A stretch of DNA of 64,000 nucleotides from a bacterium. Its GTDB lineage: Bacteria > Patescibacteriota > Minisyncoccia > Moranbacterales > UBA2206. Below are positions 49,466 to 59,475 of the stretch, in pieces. The translations under genes and the position numbers were made by a program. The stretch's first letter is position 1, and every line of letters begins with the position of its first letter. Where the stretch lies: the NCBI GenBank assembly GCA_021777675.1, contig JAJYDG010000001.1, forward strand, positions 4,997 through 68,996, written 5' to 3'. The notes below the pieces were generated by a model, which was given only the letters and a program-made list of their open reading frames with translations, searched no databases and had not been told where the DNA came from.

Positions 49466-50401
49466 CTATTTTTTTCTTTTTGAATGAAATGTTTGGTGTA
49501 TTTCTTTTAATCGCTTGTTGGTAACGTGTGTATAAACTTGCGTCGTTGTAATAGATGAATGTCCAAGCATTGCTTGCACACTACGGATATCCGCTCCATT
49601 GGCAAGCAAATCTGTGGCAAAAGAATGCCTTAGTGTGTGAGGATGAACGTCTTTTATTATCCCTGCTTTTTTGGCATATTTTTTTACTATTCTTTGAATT
49701 GATCTTGAGGTTAATCTTAAGTTATCCACAGTTTTTTCACCAGCTTTTTTCTTAAGTTGAGACAATCCAGTATAATCTCTTATGAAAAGCGCTTGATCAA
49801 AATCAGTTCTTTTTTCTAAGTAATTTTTAATAGCAACGGCTGCATCATCGGAGATGAAAACCACGCGCAATTTATCTCCTTTTCCGCGTACACTTAATTC
49901 GCGTGATTTTAAATCTATTTTTTCTTTGTTGATATTTACCAATTCGGAAACACGGAGACCGGCGGAAAACAGTAGTTCTAATATTGCTAAATCGCGCAAT
50001 GATTTGATATCCTTTCCATTTGCTTCAGCCAAAATTCGTTCAACTTCTTCAATTGTCAAAAATTCTACTTCTCGTGATTCGTTTTTGCTGATTTCAATTT
50101 TTTCCGCTTGTAATGACGATATGTCTTTCTTGGCTAAAAATTTCAAAAAACTGCGTATGGCGATAATATAAAAACCTTGGGTAACTCTTTTCAGTTTTTT
50201 TTTATCTTTAGCTTCATATCGATTAAGATAAATTCTAAAATTTCCGATAAGCTCGGCTGTTATTTGTTCAGGAGCGTCTATTTTTGCCCAATCCAAAAAT
50301 CGATCGAGATAGTGATCGTAATTTTCAATGGTTTTTTGAGAGCGACCTCGTTCAATTTCCATATATTCTAAAAAACGGGTCTTTAATTTTCTGATTTGCA
50401 T
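49466..50401 (-). CDS. xerC: tyrosine site-specific recombinase XerC/XerD family
   Basis: N-terminal SAM-like domain (…FLEYMEIERGRSQKTIENYDHYLDRFLDW…) and catalytic R…HxxR…Y (…HPHTLRHSFATDLLANGADIRSVQAMLGHSSITTTQVYTHV…). Confidence 0.85.
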   Translation of the reverse strand: MQIRKLKTRFLEYMEIERGRSQKTIENYDHYLDRFLDWAKIDAPEQITAELIGNFRIYLNRYEAKDKKKLKRVTQGFYIIAIRSFLKFLAKKDISSLQAEKIEISKNESREVEFLTIEEVERILAEANGKDIKSLRDLAILELLFSAGLRVSELVNINKEKIDLKSRELSVRGKGDKLRVVFISDDAAVAIKNYLEKRTDFDQALFIRDYTGLSQLKKKAGEKTVDNLRLTSRSIQRIVKKYAKKAGIIKDVHPHTLRHSFATDLLANGADIRSVQAMLGHSSITTTQVYTHVTNKRLKEIHQTFHSKRKK

Positions 50402-50427
50402 AGTTTTATTCTATACCAAAAACGCAA

Positions 50428-50456
50428 TTGACAAAAATACTGAAATAGCCTATACT
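50428..50456 (+). promoter_or_regulatory. sigma70-type promoter TTGACA - 17 nt - TATACT
   Basis: consensus -35, 17-nt spacer and near-consensus -10, ~190 nt upstream of the LysM/CHAP ORF. Confidence 0.55.
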
Positions 50457-50644
50457 ATCTTCCAGATAAAAATTAAGGTTTTAGTTTTGAGATTTGATCG
50501 ATTTAGCGATTAAGAAAGGGTTAAATTCTCACTGAAACCACCTGAAAGGTTAATTGTATTAGTAATCTAATTCAAAAAACACAGAACACTTTTTTTTGTC
50601 GGAAAAATCTAAAGAATATAATTACCACGACTCATCGAGCGCAA

Positions 50645-51754
50645 ATGAGAGTGGTTTTTTTTATAAAAAAACATCGCACAATAAAAATTTTGCATATTTT
50701 TAGAAATTATGCTTCTTTTATTGTTGTCATTTCCTGTTCCGTGCTTGTTTCAGCTACAAATCTTTCCGCCGGACGCGGATCAAGCGGTTTTTTATTTGGC
50801 TATTTCGAAAATAATGATGACTATTCTAATCCATTGAAAAATAAAATATTTTTAAATTCAAACAAGAGGACTTCTTTGGCGCTAGCGCCTTTAGCTGAGG
50901 CCAAGACTGTTCCTGATCCATCGCTTATGAACAGTAATAAAGATTCTTCGGATCCGTTGCCTATGGATGGAAAAGCATTGGCATCAGTAAATAGTCCCGT
51001 ATTGAAAGATCCGGAAGTTGATGGGGGTGTGGCTATCTATGAAGTAAAACAAGGTGATACTGTAAGCTCAATAGCCGCAACGAATCATATTAGTGTGAAT
51101 ACAATTCTTTGGGCTAATGCATTGGATAATGTCGATTCAATTATGCCGGGAGATAAATTATTTATCCTACCTCTTTCCGGACTTTCCTATACTGTAAAGA
51201 AAGGAGATAATATTGATAGTGTCGCCAAACAATTTAAAGCGGATAAAGATAAGATAATTGCCTTTAATTCGCTTCACGCCGATGGGAAATTAAAAGAAGG
51301 TCAAGAAATTATCATTCCTGACGGGCAAAAAGATATGCCGGCGCCAGCGCCAAAACCAATAAGTAATAGCGGATTAAATATTGCTACTCGTCCATATGAA
51401 GCATTTGAATCCACCGGAAAGATGCTTAATGGAAATGGAGGAGACAGTCATCGTTTTCCTTATGGTTATTGCACTTGGTACGTTGCTCAAAAAGTAAACG
51501 TTCCATGGTCTGGCAATGCCGGAACTTGGCTTTATCATGCTAAAGCGGCGGGATATGCGACAGGAAGAACGCCAAGAGTTGGCTCTATTATGGTTACCTC
51601 AGAATCTTGGTGGGGCCATGTTGCTTATGTGGAAAGCGTAAGAGGAGGGGAATTTACAGTTTCCGAAATGAATTATAAAGCTTGGGGCAAGAAAGATTTA
51701 AGAACTGTTGATGCAGGCAGTCGTGTAATCAAAGGTTTTATCTATTCAAAATAA
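50645..51754 (+). CDS. secreted peptidoglycan hydrolase: two LysM domains + C-terminal CHAP amidase/peptidase domain
   Basis: LysM repeats (YEVKQGDTVSSIAATNHISVNTILWAN; YTVKKGDNIDSVAKQFKADKDKIIAFN) and CHAP region (…YGYCTWYVAQK…GSIMVTSESWWGHVAYVESV…). Confidence 0.8.
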   Translation: MRVVFFIKKHRTIKILHIFRNYASFIVVISCSVLVSATNLSAGRGSSGFLFGYFENNDDYSNPLKNKIFLNSNKRTSLALAPLAEAKTVPDPSLMNSNKDSSDPLPMDGKALASVNSPVLKDPEVDGGVAIYEVKQGDTVSSIAATNHISVNTILWANALDNVDSIMPGDKLFILPLSGLSYTVKKGDNIDSVAKQFKADKDKIIAFNSLHADGKLKEGQEIIIPDGQKDMPAPAPKPISNSGLNIATRPYEAFESTGKMLNGNGGDSHRFPYGYCTWYVAQKVNVPWSGNAGTWLYHAKAAGYATGRTPRVGSIMVTSESWWGHVAYVESVRGGEFTVSEMNYKAWGKKDLRTVDAGSRVIKGFIYSK

Positions 51755-51778
51755 AAAAACTATTTTTTAATAAGTTTT

Positions 51779-53956
51779 CTATTTTAATATTTTTATTGGA
51801 GCAAGCGAGGCCGAAAGTTTTTTTAGTCCAAAAGTTTTGAAAGCTACCGTAATCGTATCTCCGCTGGAGGCAATGATTAGACCTTCTCCAAATTCCGAAT
51901 GTTGAATGCGAGCACCATCTTTGTAGGTGCTTTTCTGATATTTTGATTGATTGGCTGGCTGAGGATTGGTTCTTGTTTTTTTTAGCAAAGTGTTTGATAG
52001 TGAAATATCAAGATATTCAAGTAATTTATCGGGAATATCATTAAGAAATCGCGATGGAGGATTGGCTTGACTTGAGCCAAAAATAGTTCTGGTTCTTGCA
52101 AATAGCAAGTAAACTCCTTGTTTTGCGCGAGTAATTCCCACATACATCAATCGTCTTTCTTCTTCCATTTCTGATTCAGAAAGCATACTACGAGAATGAG
52201 GCAAAATTCCTTCTTCAAGCCCGACAATAAAAACATATTTGAATTCCAGTCCCTTAGCACTGTGTAGAGTCATTAAATGCACAGCTTTTTTTGACTGATC
52301 AATGTCGTCCGTATCGGAAATAAGCGCTATCTCTTCAAGAAATGAAATTAATCCCGCGCCATTTTCAAGTTCATTATATTTTTTTGCCACTGTAAGCAGT
52401 TCTTTTATATTTTCAAAGCGCATATATCCATCTTCTGTTCCGTCCAGTATGTATGTTTTGTAGCCACTTTTTTCAAATATTTTTTGAATAAGTTCAGTCA
52501 GATTCAGCTCACTTTTTAGTTGATTCATTTCCTCAATAAATTTACAAAAAGCAAAAATAGCTTCCATTTTGCCTTCTTTTAGCGTGGAGGGCGTTTGTTG
52601 ATTATTTTTTTTATCAAAAAAAATTTTTCCAAAATCAAGCGGATTCATATTTTTTTCTTTGGATAATATGAGCCATTTTTCAAAAGTTTTTTCTCCGATT
52701 CCGCGTTTTGGTTCGTTGATTATTCTTTCCAGCGAAATTTCATCCGCATAATTCTCTATTAAACGCAAATAAGCAATTAAATCCTTAATTTCTTTTCGTT
52801 GATAAAATTTCAGACCGCCGATAATGCGATAAGGCAAGGAATTTGAAATTAAAACCTCTTCGATTATGCGTGATTGAGCATTAGTTCGATATAAAACAAC
52901 TATTTCGTTCAAATCTATTCTTTTATCAAACAGTTTTTTTATTTCATTGGCAACAAATTGCGCTTCGTTTTTTTCATCTTCTGCTTCAAAAGCCAAAAGA
53001 AGTTCGCCTTTTTTATTTTCCGTCCAAATCTTTTTGTCTTTTCGCTTAATATTTTTTGAAATTACTCCGTAAGCAGCATCCAGTATTTGTTGGGTTGAAC
53101 GATAATTTTGTTCCAATTTTATTACTTTTGTTTCCGGGTAATCTTTTTCAAAGTCCAAAATATTTTGAATATTTGCTCCGCGCCAAGAATAAATCCCTTG
53201 CCAATCATCTCCCACGACGCAAATATTTTTGTGCTTATTTGCCAACATTTTGATTAAGGTGTATTGTGCATGATTGGTATCTTGATATTCATCCACCATA
53301 ATATAGCGAAATTTTTTTTGGTATTTTTCCAATGTTTCAGGAAAATCTTGAAATATTTTAATTAAAAGCATTAAGATATCATCAAAATCCAGTGCGTTAT
53401 TGGTTTTTAATTTTTGTTCATAATTTGTGTATATCTTTGAAATAATTTCCTCCCAATAGCCGTGAGTATTTTTTTTGAACATCTCGGCACTAATTAATTC
53501 ATTTTTTGCTTTGGATATTGTCCCTAAAACAGCTTGCGGACGGAACTGTGCAACATCAATGCCGAGCTCTTTCAAGATTTTTTTTATCAAAGATTGTTGA
53601 TCTTGAGTATCGAAAATGTTGAAATTGTTTTTATATCCGATTTTTTCAATTTCAGAGCGTAAGATTTTGGCGCAAATGGAATGAAAAGTGCCAACTAGCG
53701 GAATATCGCCACGAAAATTATTTTCCAAAAGTAACTGAGAAATGCGATTCCTCATTTCCTTGGCGGCTTTATTTGTAAAAGTAACTGCCAGAATTTGCCA
53801 TGAGGGAATGCTTTTTTCGCAAATTAAATAGGCGGTGCGAAAAGTCAGTACTCGTGTTTTTCCTGAACCGGCACCGGCGATTACAAGTACCGGACCATTG
53901 ATCGTTTCCACCGCTTCTCTTTGAGATGAATTTAAATTTTTTAATAAAGTTGCCAT
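51779..53956 (-). CDS. pcrA: ATP-dependent DNA helicase PcrA/UvrD
   Basis: ORF track 51779-54076; likely start 53956 (MATLLKNLNSSQREAVE…VIAGAGSGKTRVL…); UvrD helicase motifs throughout. Confidence 0.9.
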   Translation of the reverse strand: MATLLKNLNSSQREAVETINGPVLVIAGAGSGKTRVLTFRTAYLICEKSIPSWQILAVTFTNKAAKEMRNRISQLLLENNFRGDIPLVGTFHSICAKILRSEIEKIGYKNNFNIFDTQDQQSLIKKILKELGIDVAQFRPQAVLGTISKAKNELISAEMFKKNTHGYWEEIISKIYTNYEQKLKTNNALDFDDILMLLIKIFQDFPETLEKYQKKFRYIMVDEYQDTNHAQYTLIKMLANKHKNICVVGDDWQGIYSWRGANIQNILDFEKDYPETKVIKLEQNYRSTQQILDAAYGVISKNIKRKDKKIWTENKKGELLLAFEAEDEKNEAQFVANEIKKLFDKRIDLNEIVVLYRTNAQSRIIEEVLISNSLPYRIIGGLKFYQRKEIKDLIAYLRLIENYADEISLERIINEPKRGIGEKTFEKWLILSKEKNMNPLDFGKIFFDKKNNQQTPSTLKEGKMEAIFAFCKFIEEMNQLKSELNLTELIQKIFEKSGYKTYILDGTEDGYMRFENIKELLTVAKKYNELENGAGLISFLEEIALISDTDDIDQSKKAVHLMTLHSAKGLEFKYVFIVGLEEGILPHSRSMLSESEMEEERRLMYVGITRAKQGVYLLFARTRTIFGSSQANPPSRFLNDIPDKLLEYLDISLSNTLLKKTRTNPQPANQSKYQKSTYKDGARIQHSEFGEGLIIASSGDTITVAFKTFGLKKLSASLAPIKILK

Positions 53957-54166
53957 AAAAGTATTGTAGCATAATTGCGTTAGAGACGCGTACTTGTTTG
54001 GCAGGCAGAGATTGTGATAAATTTCCATAAATAATATTTCAGCCAAAAATAACCTAAAAACTTGCCAAAACTTCAATTTTGGTATACATTTTATTTATAA
54101 TCATTTAGTATTAGCAAACAGCAGTTGACGTGATAATACGCAACCTCTGTTTTGCCTCAAAATTTT

Positions 54167-54436
54167 ATGGCGCTTACGGGAAAGCAAAAAGAAAAAGTTA
54201 CGAAAGAAGTTAAAAGGCATGATAAAGATACCGGTTCTCCGGAATATCAAATCGCTCTTTTTACAGAACAAATCAAGAAATTAACCAGTCATCTTAAAAA
54301 AAATCCAAAAGATTTTCATTCTCGTCGCGGTTTGCTTAAAATGGTTTCAAAAAGAAGAAGATTGTTGGATTATTTTAAGAAAACCAATGAAAAAGAGTAT
54401 AAAGCTTTAATAAAAAAATTAGGTCTTAAAAACTAG
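54167..54436 (+). CDS. rpsO: 30S ribosomal protein S15
   Basis: ORF track 54152-54436; MALTGKQKEKV…GSPEYQIALFTEQIKKLTSHLKKNPKDFHSRRGLLKMVSKRRRLLDY… canonical S15. Confidence 0.85.
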   Translation: MALTGKQKEKVTKEVKRHDKDTGSPEYQIALFTEQIKKLTSHLKKNPKDFHSRRGLLKMVSKRRRLLDYFKKTNEKEYKALIKKLGLKN

Positions 54437-54442
54437 TTGTTA

Positions 54443-54471
54443 AAAACAAGATCAAGATGGTCTTGTTTTTA
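54443..54471 (+). terminator. rpsO intrinsic terminator (AAAACAAGA-N9-TCTTGTTTT + T)
   Basis: 9-bp stem directly after the rpsO stop; classic rpsO-pnp arrangement. Confidence 0.55.
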
Positions 54472-54488
54472 CTTTAATAAATCAAAAT

Positions 54489-54986
54489 ATGAGCATCTAT
54501 AAAGAACAACGCATTGGTGTCTTAGTAGACATTCAAAATCTTTATTATTCGGCAAAAGTATTGCATCAAAAAAAAGTTAATTTTGATCAAATATTGAAAT
54601 CGGCAGTCGGGGATAGAAAATTAATTCGTGCTATTGCATATGGCATTAAAACGTCTGAAGGACAAGAAGAGAAATTTTTTGAGGCATTAGAAAAGGTTGG
54701 ATATGAAGTTAAAACTAAAGATTTGCAAATTTTTCCCGGTGGAGCAAAAAAAGGTGATTGGGATGTGGGAATCGCAGTTGATGCAATCAAGATGTCAAAA
54801 AGTCTTGATGCGATTGTGTTAGTTTCCGGCGATGGAGATTATATTCCGCTTGTTAAATATATCCAAAGTACAACTGGTTGTCGTGTTGAAGGTGTGGCTT
54901 TTATGGAATCAACCAGCAACAAATTAGTTGAGGAGCTGGATAATTTTATTAATTTAAGTGAGAATAAGAAAAAATATTTGATTTAA
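54489..54986 (+). CDS. NYN-domain (LabA/DUF88-like, PIN-fold) predicted RNase
   Basis: MSIYKEQRIGVLVDIQNLYYSAK…IRAIAYG…VKTKDLQ…KKGDWDVGIAVDAI…DAIVLVSGDGDYIPLV… with the conserved acidic residues of NYN/LabA domains. Confidence 0.75.
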   Translation: MSIYKEQRIGVLVDIQNLYYSAKVLHQKKVNFDQILKSAVGDRKLIRAIAYGIKTSEGQEEKFFEALEKVGYEVKTKDLQIFPGGAKKGDWDVGIAVDAIKMSKSLDAIVLVSGDGDYIPLVKYIQSTTGCRVEGVAFMESTSNKLVEELDNFINLSENKKKYLI

Positions 54987-55239
54987 AAAAAATAAAAACG
55001 AAGCAATTAAGTATTTTAAGGGAGCGGGTGATTGATATTTTTCTTGCAAAAAAGATAAAAGTAAGGTAAGCTTGAGTTATTAAACAATAATAAGAAGTTT
55101 TATTTTGAGGTGTAAAAATGCCAAGCTATGAAGATTTATGAATTAGGGTTTGCAAATAATTGCCGGTCTTAATTCGTAAATCATCGTCATATTCTTTTTA
55201 TGATTTTTCGCTCCAAATAGGGCTTCATAATAAAATCAG

Positions 55240-57348
55240 ATGGATCAAAAAAAATGGTCGCTCCAAATTGGAGGACGAATTTTGGAAATTGAAACCGGAT
55301 TGCTTGCCGGACAAGCTAACGGCGCTGTTACCGTGCGTTATGGTGATACTGTTGTGCTTGCGACAGCAGTTATGAGTAAAAACGCCTCGCGCGTTAGTGG
55401 ATATTTTCCTCTTATGGTAGATTTCGAAGAGCGTTATTATGCAGCTGGAAAAATTAAAGGTTCGCGCTTTATTAAACGTGAAGGTCGTCCATCGGATGAT
55501 GCTATTCTTTCCGGTCGAGCAGTTGATCGCACAATACGACCGCTTTTCAATCATAGAATGCGTAATGACGTCCAGGTAATTATAACCGTACTCTCTTATG
55601 ATGGAGAAAATGATCCGGATGTGGTGGCCATCATTGCCGCTTCAACAGCATTAACTATCTCCAATATCCCTTGGAGCGGTCCTGTTGCCGCTGTGCGAGT
55701 GGGAAAAGTGGGAGAAGAATTCGTGCTCAATCCGGTTTTAAATGGAGAATTGTCCGATGGTGAACTTGATTTGCTTATTTCCGGAAGCGTAGACAAAATC
55801 AACATGATTGAAAGTGGCGCAATGGAGATTTCTGAAGAAGAAATGATTAAAGCTTTTGTTTTTGGTCAAGAAGCCATTAAAAAAATCGCAAATTTTATTT
55901 TAGAAATCCAAAAAGAAGTTGGCAAAGAAAAAAGTGCACCAGCTCTTGTTGTCGGGACAGCTGAATTTGAGGCAAAAATAAAAGAAATTTTATTAGCTGA
56001 AAATTTAGCTGAAGCACTTTATAATAAGGATAAAAAGGTGATTGAAGAAAAGATTGGCGCTATTCAAAATAAAGTTAAAGAATATATCAAAAACACTTTC
56101 CCTGAAGATGTAGAAAAATTGAAGGAAGTGGCAGAAATTGTGTTTGAAGAAGTGTCTGATGAAATTGTTCATCAGAATATTCTAGAGAAAGAGTTGCGTC
56201 CGGATGGTCGAAAATTGGATGAAATTCGCTACATTGAATGTCGCACGGGAATCTTGCCAAGAACACACGGAACCGGACTTTTCACTCGCGGTGAAACTCA
56301 GGCGCTTACAGTTACCACGCTTGGTTCGCCTGGAGATCAGCAAATTATTGATACTATGGAAGTGGATATGAAAAAGCGCTATATCCACCACTATAATTTT
56401 CCTCCATATTCAGTTGGAGAGGTTCGTCCGATGAGGGGTCCGGGAAGGCGTGAAGTGGGGCATGGCGCTTTGGCTGAAAAAGCGCTTGTACCGGTTTTGC
56501 CATCTAGAGAAACTTTTCCCTATACAATTCTTTTAGTTTCCGAGATTCTTTCGTCAAATGGTTCTTCTTCAATGGCGGCAACATGCGGATCGACACTTTC
56601 TCTTATGGATGCCGGTGTACCGATTAAGCGTCCTGTTTCCGGAATTGCGATGGGAATTATTGTTGGAGAAAACGATAAATTTAAAATTCTTACAGATATT
56701 CAAGGATTGGAAGATCATTATGGCGATATGGATTTTAAAGTTGCGGGAACAGAAAAGGGGATCACCGCTATGCAAATGGATGTAAAAGTAGCCGGAGTTA
56801 CATTGGAAATGCTTTCAGCCGTTCTTGCTCAATCGCATCAAAATCGTTTGGAGATTTTGAAAAAAATTACGGATACGATTTTCGAGCCTCGAGCTGAAAT
56901 GTCTCAATATGCGCCAAGAATTATTACAATGCAAATCAATCCGGAAAAAATTAGAAATGTTATTGGCACAGGCGGGAAAATCATTAATGAAATTATTGAT
57001 GAAACAGGAGTGCAAATTGATATTGAAGATAGTGGTATAATTTTTATCACTTCTCCGGATGGATCTTCCGCTCAAAAAGCCAAGCAATGGATCGATAATC
57101 TTACCCATGAAGTCAGAGCGGGAGAATTGTTTAGTGCTAAAATTACGCGTATTATGACTTTTGGAGCTTTTGCTGAAATTCTTCCCGGTCAGGAGGGGCT
57201 TATTCATATTTCCGAGATAGCCGATCGTCGAATTGAAAAAGTTGAAGATGTTCTGAAAATCGGGGATATTGTTCCGGTTAAGGTAAAAGAAATTGATTCA
57301 CAAGGAAGAATTAATCTTTCAATGAAAGCGGCTAGAAAAATTGAATAA
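55240..57348 (+). CDS. pnp: polynucleotide phosphorylase
   Basis: two RNase PH domains, KH and S1 domains; 702 aa. Confidence 0.95.
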   Translation: MDQKKWSLQIGGRILEIETGLLAGQANGAVTVRYGDTVVLATAVMSKNASRVSGYFPLMVDFEERYYAAGKIKGSRFIKREGRPSDDAILSGRAVDRTIRPLFNHRMRNDVQVIITVLSYDGENDPDVVAIIAASTALTISNIPWSGPVAAVRVGKVGEEFVLNPVLNGELSDGELDLLISGSVDKINMIESGAMEISEEEMIKAFVFGQEAIKKIANFILEIQKEVGKEKSAPALVVGTAEFEAKIKEILLAENLAEALYNKDKKVIEEKIGAIQNKVKEYIKNTFPEDVEKLKEVAEIVFEEVSDEIVHQNILEKELRPDGRKLDEIRYIECRTGILPRTHGTGLFTRGETQALTVTTLGSPGDQQIIDTMEVDMKKRYIHHYNFPPYSVGEVRPMRGPGRREVGHGALAEKALVPVLPSRETFPYTILLVSEILSSNGSSSMAATCGSTLSLMDAGVPIKRPVSGIAMGIIVGENDKFKILTDIQGLEDHYGDMDFKVAGTEKGITAMQMDVKVAGVTLEMLSAVLAQSHQNRLEILKKITDTIFEPRAEMSQYAPRIITMQINPEKIRNVIGTGGKIINEIIDETGVQIDIEDSGIIFITSPDGSSAQKAKQWIDNLTHEVRAGELFSAKITRIMTFGAFAEILPGQEGLIHISEIADRRIEKVEDVLKIGDIVPVKVKEIDSQGRINLSMKAARKIE

Positions 57349-57382
57349 AAAATTAGTCAAAAATAAAAATATGTTGTATAAT

Positions 57383-57415
57383 AGAAGCGGATAGTTTATT
57401 CGCTTCTATTTTGTT
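57383..57415 (+). terminator. pnp intrinsic terminator (AGAAGCG-N10-CGCTTCT + T-rich)
   Basis: perfect 7-bp stem 35 nt after the pnp stop followed by ATTTTGTTT. Confidence 0.6.
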
Positions 57416-57442
57416 TATTTAATTAAAATTAAAAATAAAAAA

Positions 57443-58831
57443 ATGTTTGGCATTAAGACTGATTTTTTATCACCAAAAACAAAAGTTGCAACTGTTCCGG
57501 TAAATTTAAATCAAAAAAATAATTTAAGTGTTGATGACTTGCCTGTGCATACTATGGCCGAGGATATTGCTCGAGTAAAAAATCCTGATGCATTCAAGGC
57601 TCCTATTGTCGAAACGAAAACAGTTGCGCCGGAAACATTAACGCCCAAACAAAAAACCAGTCCATTTTTGGGATTTGATGATGATTACTCCAATCAAGAA
57701 TCTTTGAAAAAAATAGAAAATAATCCGGTTGCTCCCCAGCCTTCGCAACAAAAAAACAGTTCTTCGGAGAGTGTTGATATCGCTGGTGCAATAGCGAGTT
57801 TTGCTCCAAAGCCAATCCAAAATGTCGGACAGGTTCCCGCACTGCCAAAGAAAAATTCCCCAGTTAAATTTAATTGGAAAATCGTTTCTTTGTCAGTTTT
57901 GTCGTTTATTTTATTGGTTGGATTGGTTTTTTCCGGTTTTATTTTGTTAAAGAGAAAAAATATTCAACCGACAAAAACAACTTCTGAGGTGAAAACAACG
58001 CCTAATTCAGAAAGCAATAATAATACGCAAACCGTTCCGGAAACAACGCCGGTTGCGACGCAGACATTTTCTTATTCACAAGATAGTCCCAATTATCTCT
58101 TTATTGACGCAAGTTATGACAGTGTAGATAAGATTAGAAGTTTAATGCAACAGTATATTCAAAAAGTTGCTCAAGAAGGCTATGTAAAACCCGTAGAGTT
58201 TATTATTACTGACGAAACTAACGCCCCAATGTCTTTTGGCATATTTTCCGGTAAGCTTGGTTTGAATATTTCACAAAGTGTTTTGCTTAATTTAAACAAT
58301 AACTTTCGACTTTTTATTTATAATGATGGCGCAGTAACAAAAGTTGGGTTAACAATAGATTCTAAAAATGATACTGCTCTCACAAAGGCATTATTGGGAG
58401 AAGAAAAAAATTTAGCGGATGAATTAAGCCCAATTTTCTTTACAAACGATTACAAAAAAGATAAACTTTTTGGCGACAGTGCGTATGGAGGGGCAAAAAT
58501 TCGTTATCAAAATATCATTTCTCCGGAAAATCTTTCTGTCGATTATACAGTCTATAAAAATAAATTAATTATCGGTACGACGAAATTAACTTTACGCGCT
58601 ATTATCGATAAAATAAATGCCATTGCCATATCGTCTGTGCCAAGTACATCCATAAATACAAACATTTCAATTACCGCGCCAAGCGTTCCTGCTACCGCTA
58701 ACTTACCCAACATAACAAATCCGCCAATAGTTCAACAATCAACAAATAATGTTCCGACTACCCCGATTCCCACGACTACGCAAAAAACAGCGGTGCCATT
58801 GCCACCCATAGTAAATACTCCAATAAAATAG
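57443..58831 (+). CDS. hypothetical membrane-anchored protein with Pro/Thr/Gln-rich low-complexity ends
   Basis: 462 aa; central TM (…IVSLSVLSFILLVGLVFSGFILL…), low-complexity N- and C-terminal regions. Confidence 0.5.
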   Translation: MFGIKTDFLSPKTKVATVPVNLNQKNNLSVDDLPVHTMAEDIARVKNPDAFKAPIVETKTVAPETLTPKQKTSPFLGFDDDYSNQESLKKIENNPVAPQPSQQKNSSSESVDIAGAIASFAPKPIQNVGQVPALPKKNSPVKFNWKIVSLSVLSFILLVGLVFSGFILLKRKNIQPTKTTSEVKTTPNSESNNNTQTVPETTPVATQTFSYSQDSPNYLFIDASYDSVDKIRSLMQQYIQKVAQEGYVKPVEFIITDETNAPMSFGIFSGKLGLNISQSVLLNLNNNFRLFIYNDGAVTKVGLTIDSKNDTALTKALLGEEKNLADELSPIFFTNDYKKDKLFGDSAYGGAKIRYQNIISPENLSVDYTVYKNKLIIGTTKLTLRAIIDKINAIAISSVPSTSINTNISITAPSVPATANLPNITNPPIVQQSTNNVPTTPIPTTTQKTAVPLPPIVNTPIK

Positions 58832-58978
58832 TTTTTTGTTTTTTTGGTATGAAAAATAAATGTTTATTTGAGCCATTAAAAAGTAAATTACTTTTTAATT
58901 GATAAAAATAAAGACAAAAATTTTCTTAAAAAAATAAAAAATAAAATCGCTGTTATACGGGCAAAATTGATTTAGCGT

Positions 58979-59007
58979 TGACTCAACTTGAAATTCTTGC
59001 TATAATA
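58979..59007 (+). promoter_or_regulatory. sigma70-type promoter TTGACT - 17 nt - TATAAT
   Basis: near-consensus -35 and consensus -10 in a 670-bp ORF-free spacer; ~35 nt upstream of the 22-bp inverted repeat. Confidence 0.5.
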
Positions 59008-59044
59008 AATACATTAGAACATTAAAAAAATAAAAATAAAAACG

Positions 59045-59099
59045 GTAAAACAATTTTCAATCACAATTTCCCCCTATTTGTGATTGAAAATTGTTTTAC
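59045..59099. repeat. 22-bp perfect inverted repeat (GTAAAACAATTTTCAATCACAA / TTGTGATTGAAAATTGTTTTAC) with 11-nt loop
   Basis: directly seen; would form a very stable hairpin at the 5' end of any transcript from the upstream promoter. Confidence 0.75.
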
Positions 59100-59386
59100 T
59101 GTTCAAGTGTTTTGGCCAACGTGTCAAAGCCGCTTCGATTTCTGACATCGGAGACCCAAAATAAAAACAAAAATTATTTATACAAAATAAAAAAATAAAT
59201 AATAAAAAAATAGTTCTTTCAAATTCAAAGGTGAAAAATCACCAGAGAATGGTAAAACAAAATTTCTAGAGTCAGAATGGAAATAAACAAAAGTTATGTA
59301 TATAAAATACATGTTTGTTATAACATTGATGCCACTCACCCGGCTAAAATGTTTCCGCATAGCATGTTAATACATGACAAACACTG

Positions 59387-59475
59387 GGGCGTTCCAGCCA
59401 AATTTTTTATTTATTGGGCGTTGAACGCCCTGGTTTCCAAACCGTTTGTTTTTTAGGAAAACCAGAGGCACCAAA
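59387..59475 (+). promoter_or_regulatory. hairpin cluster upstream of yraN resembling a terminator/antiterminator (attenuator-like) arrangement
   Basis: GGGCGTTC…GAACGCCC (59387-59430), TGGTTTCC-AAACC + TTTGTTTTTT, and overlapping alternative pairing TGGTTTCC…GGAAAACCA; followed by a T-run at 59477-59488. Confidence 0.3.

Noticed and set aside
49466-50401. XerC-like recombinase as the integrase of a tRNA-inserted island
   Set aside because: The protein looks like a standard XerC/D, and no duplicated tRNA 3' segment was seen downstream in the window. Kept as a low-interest finding only.
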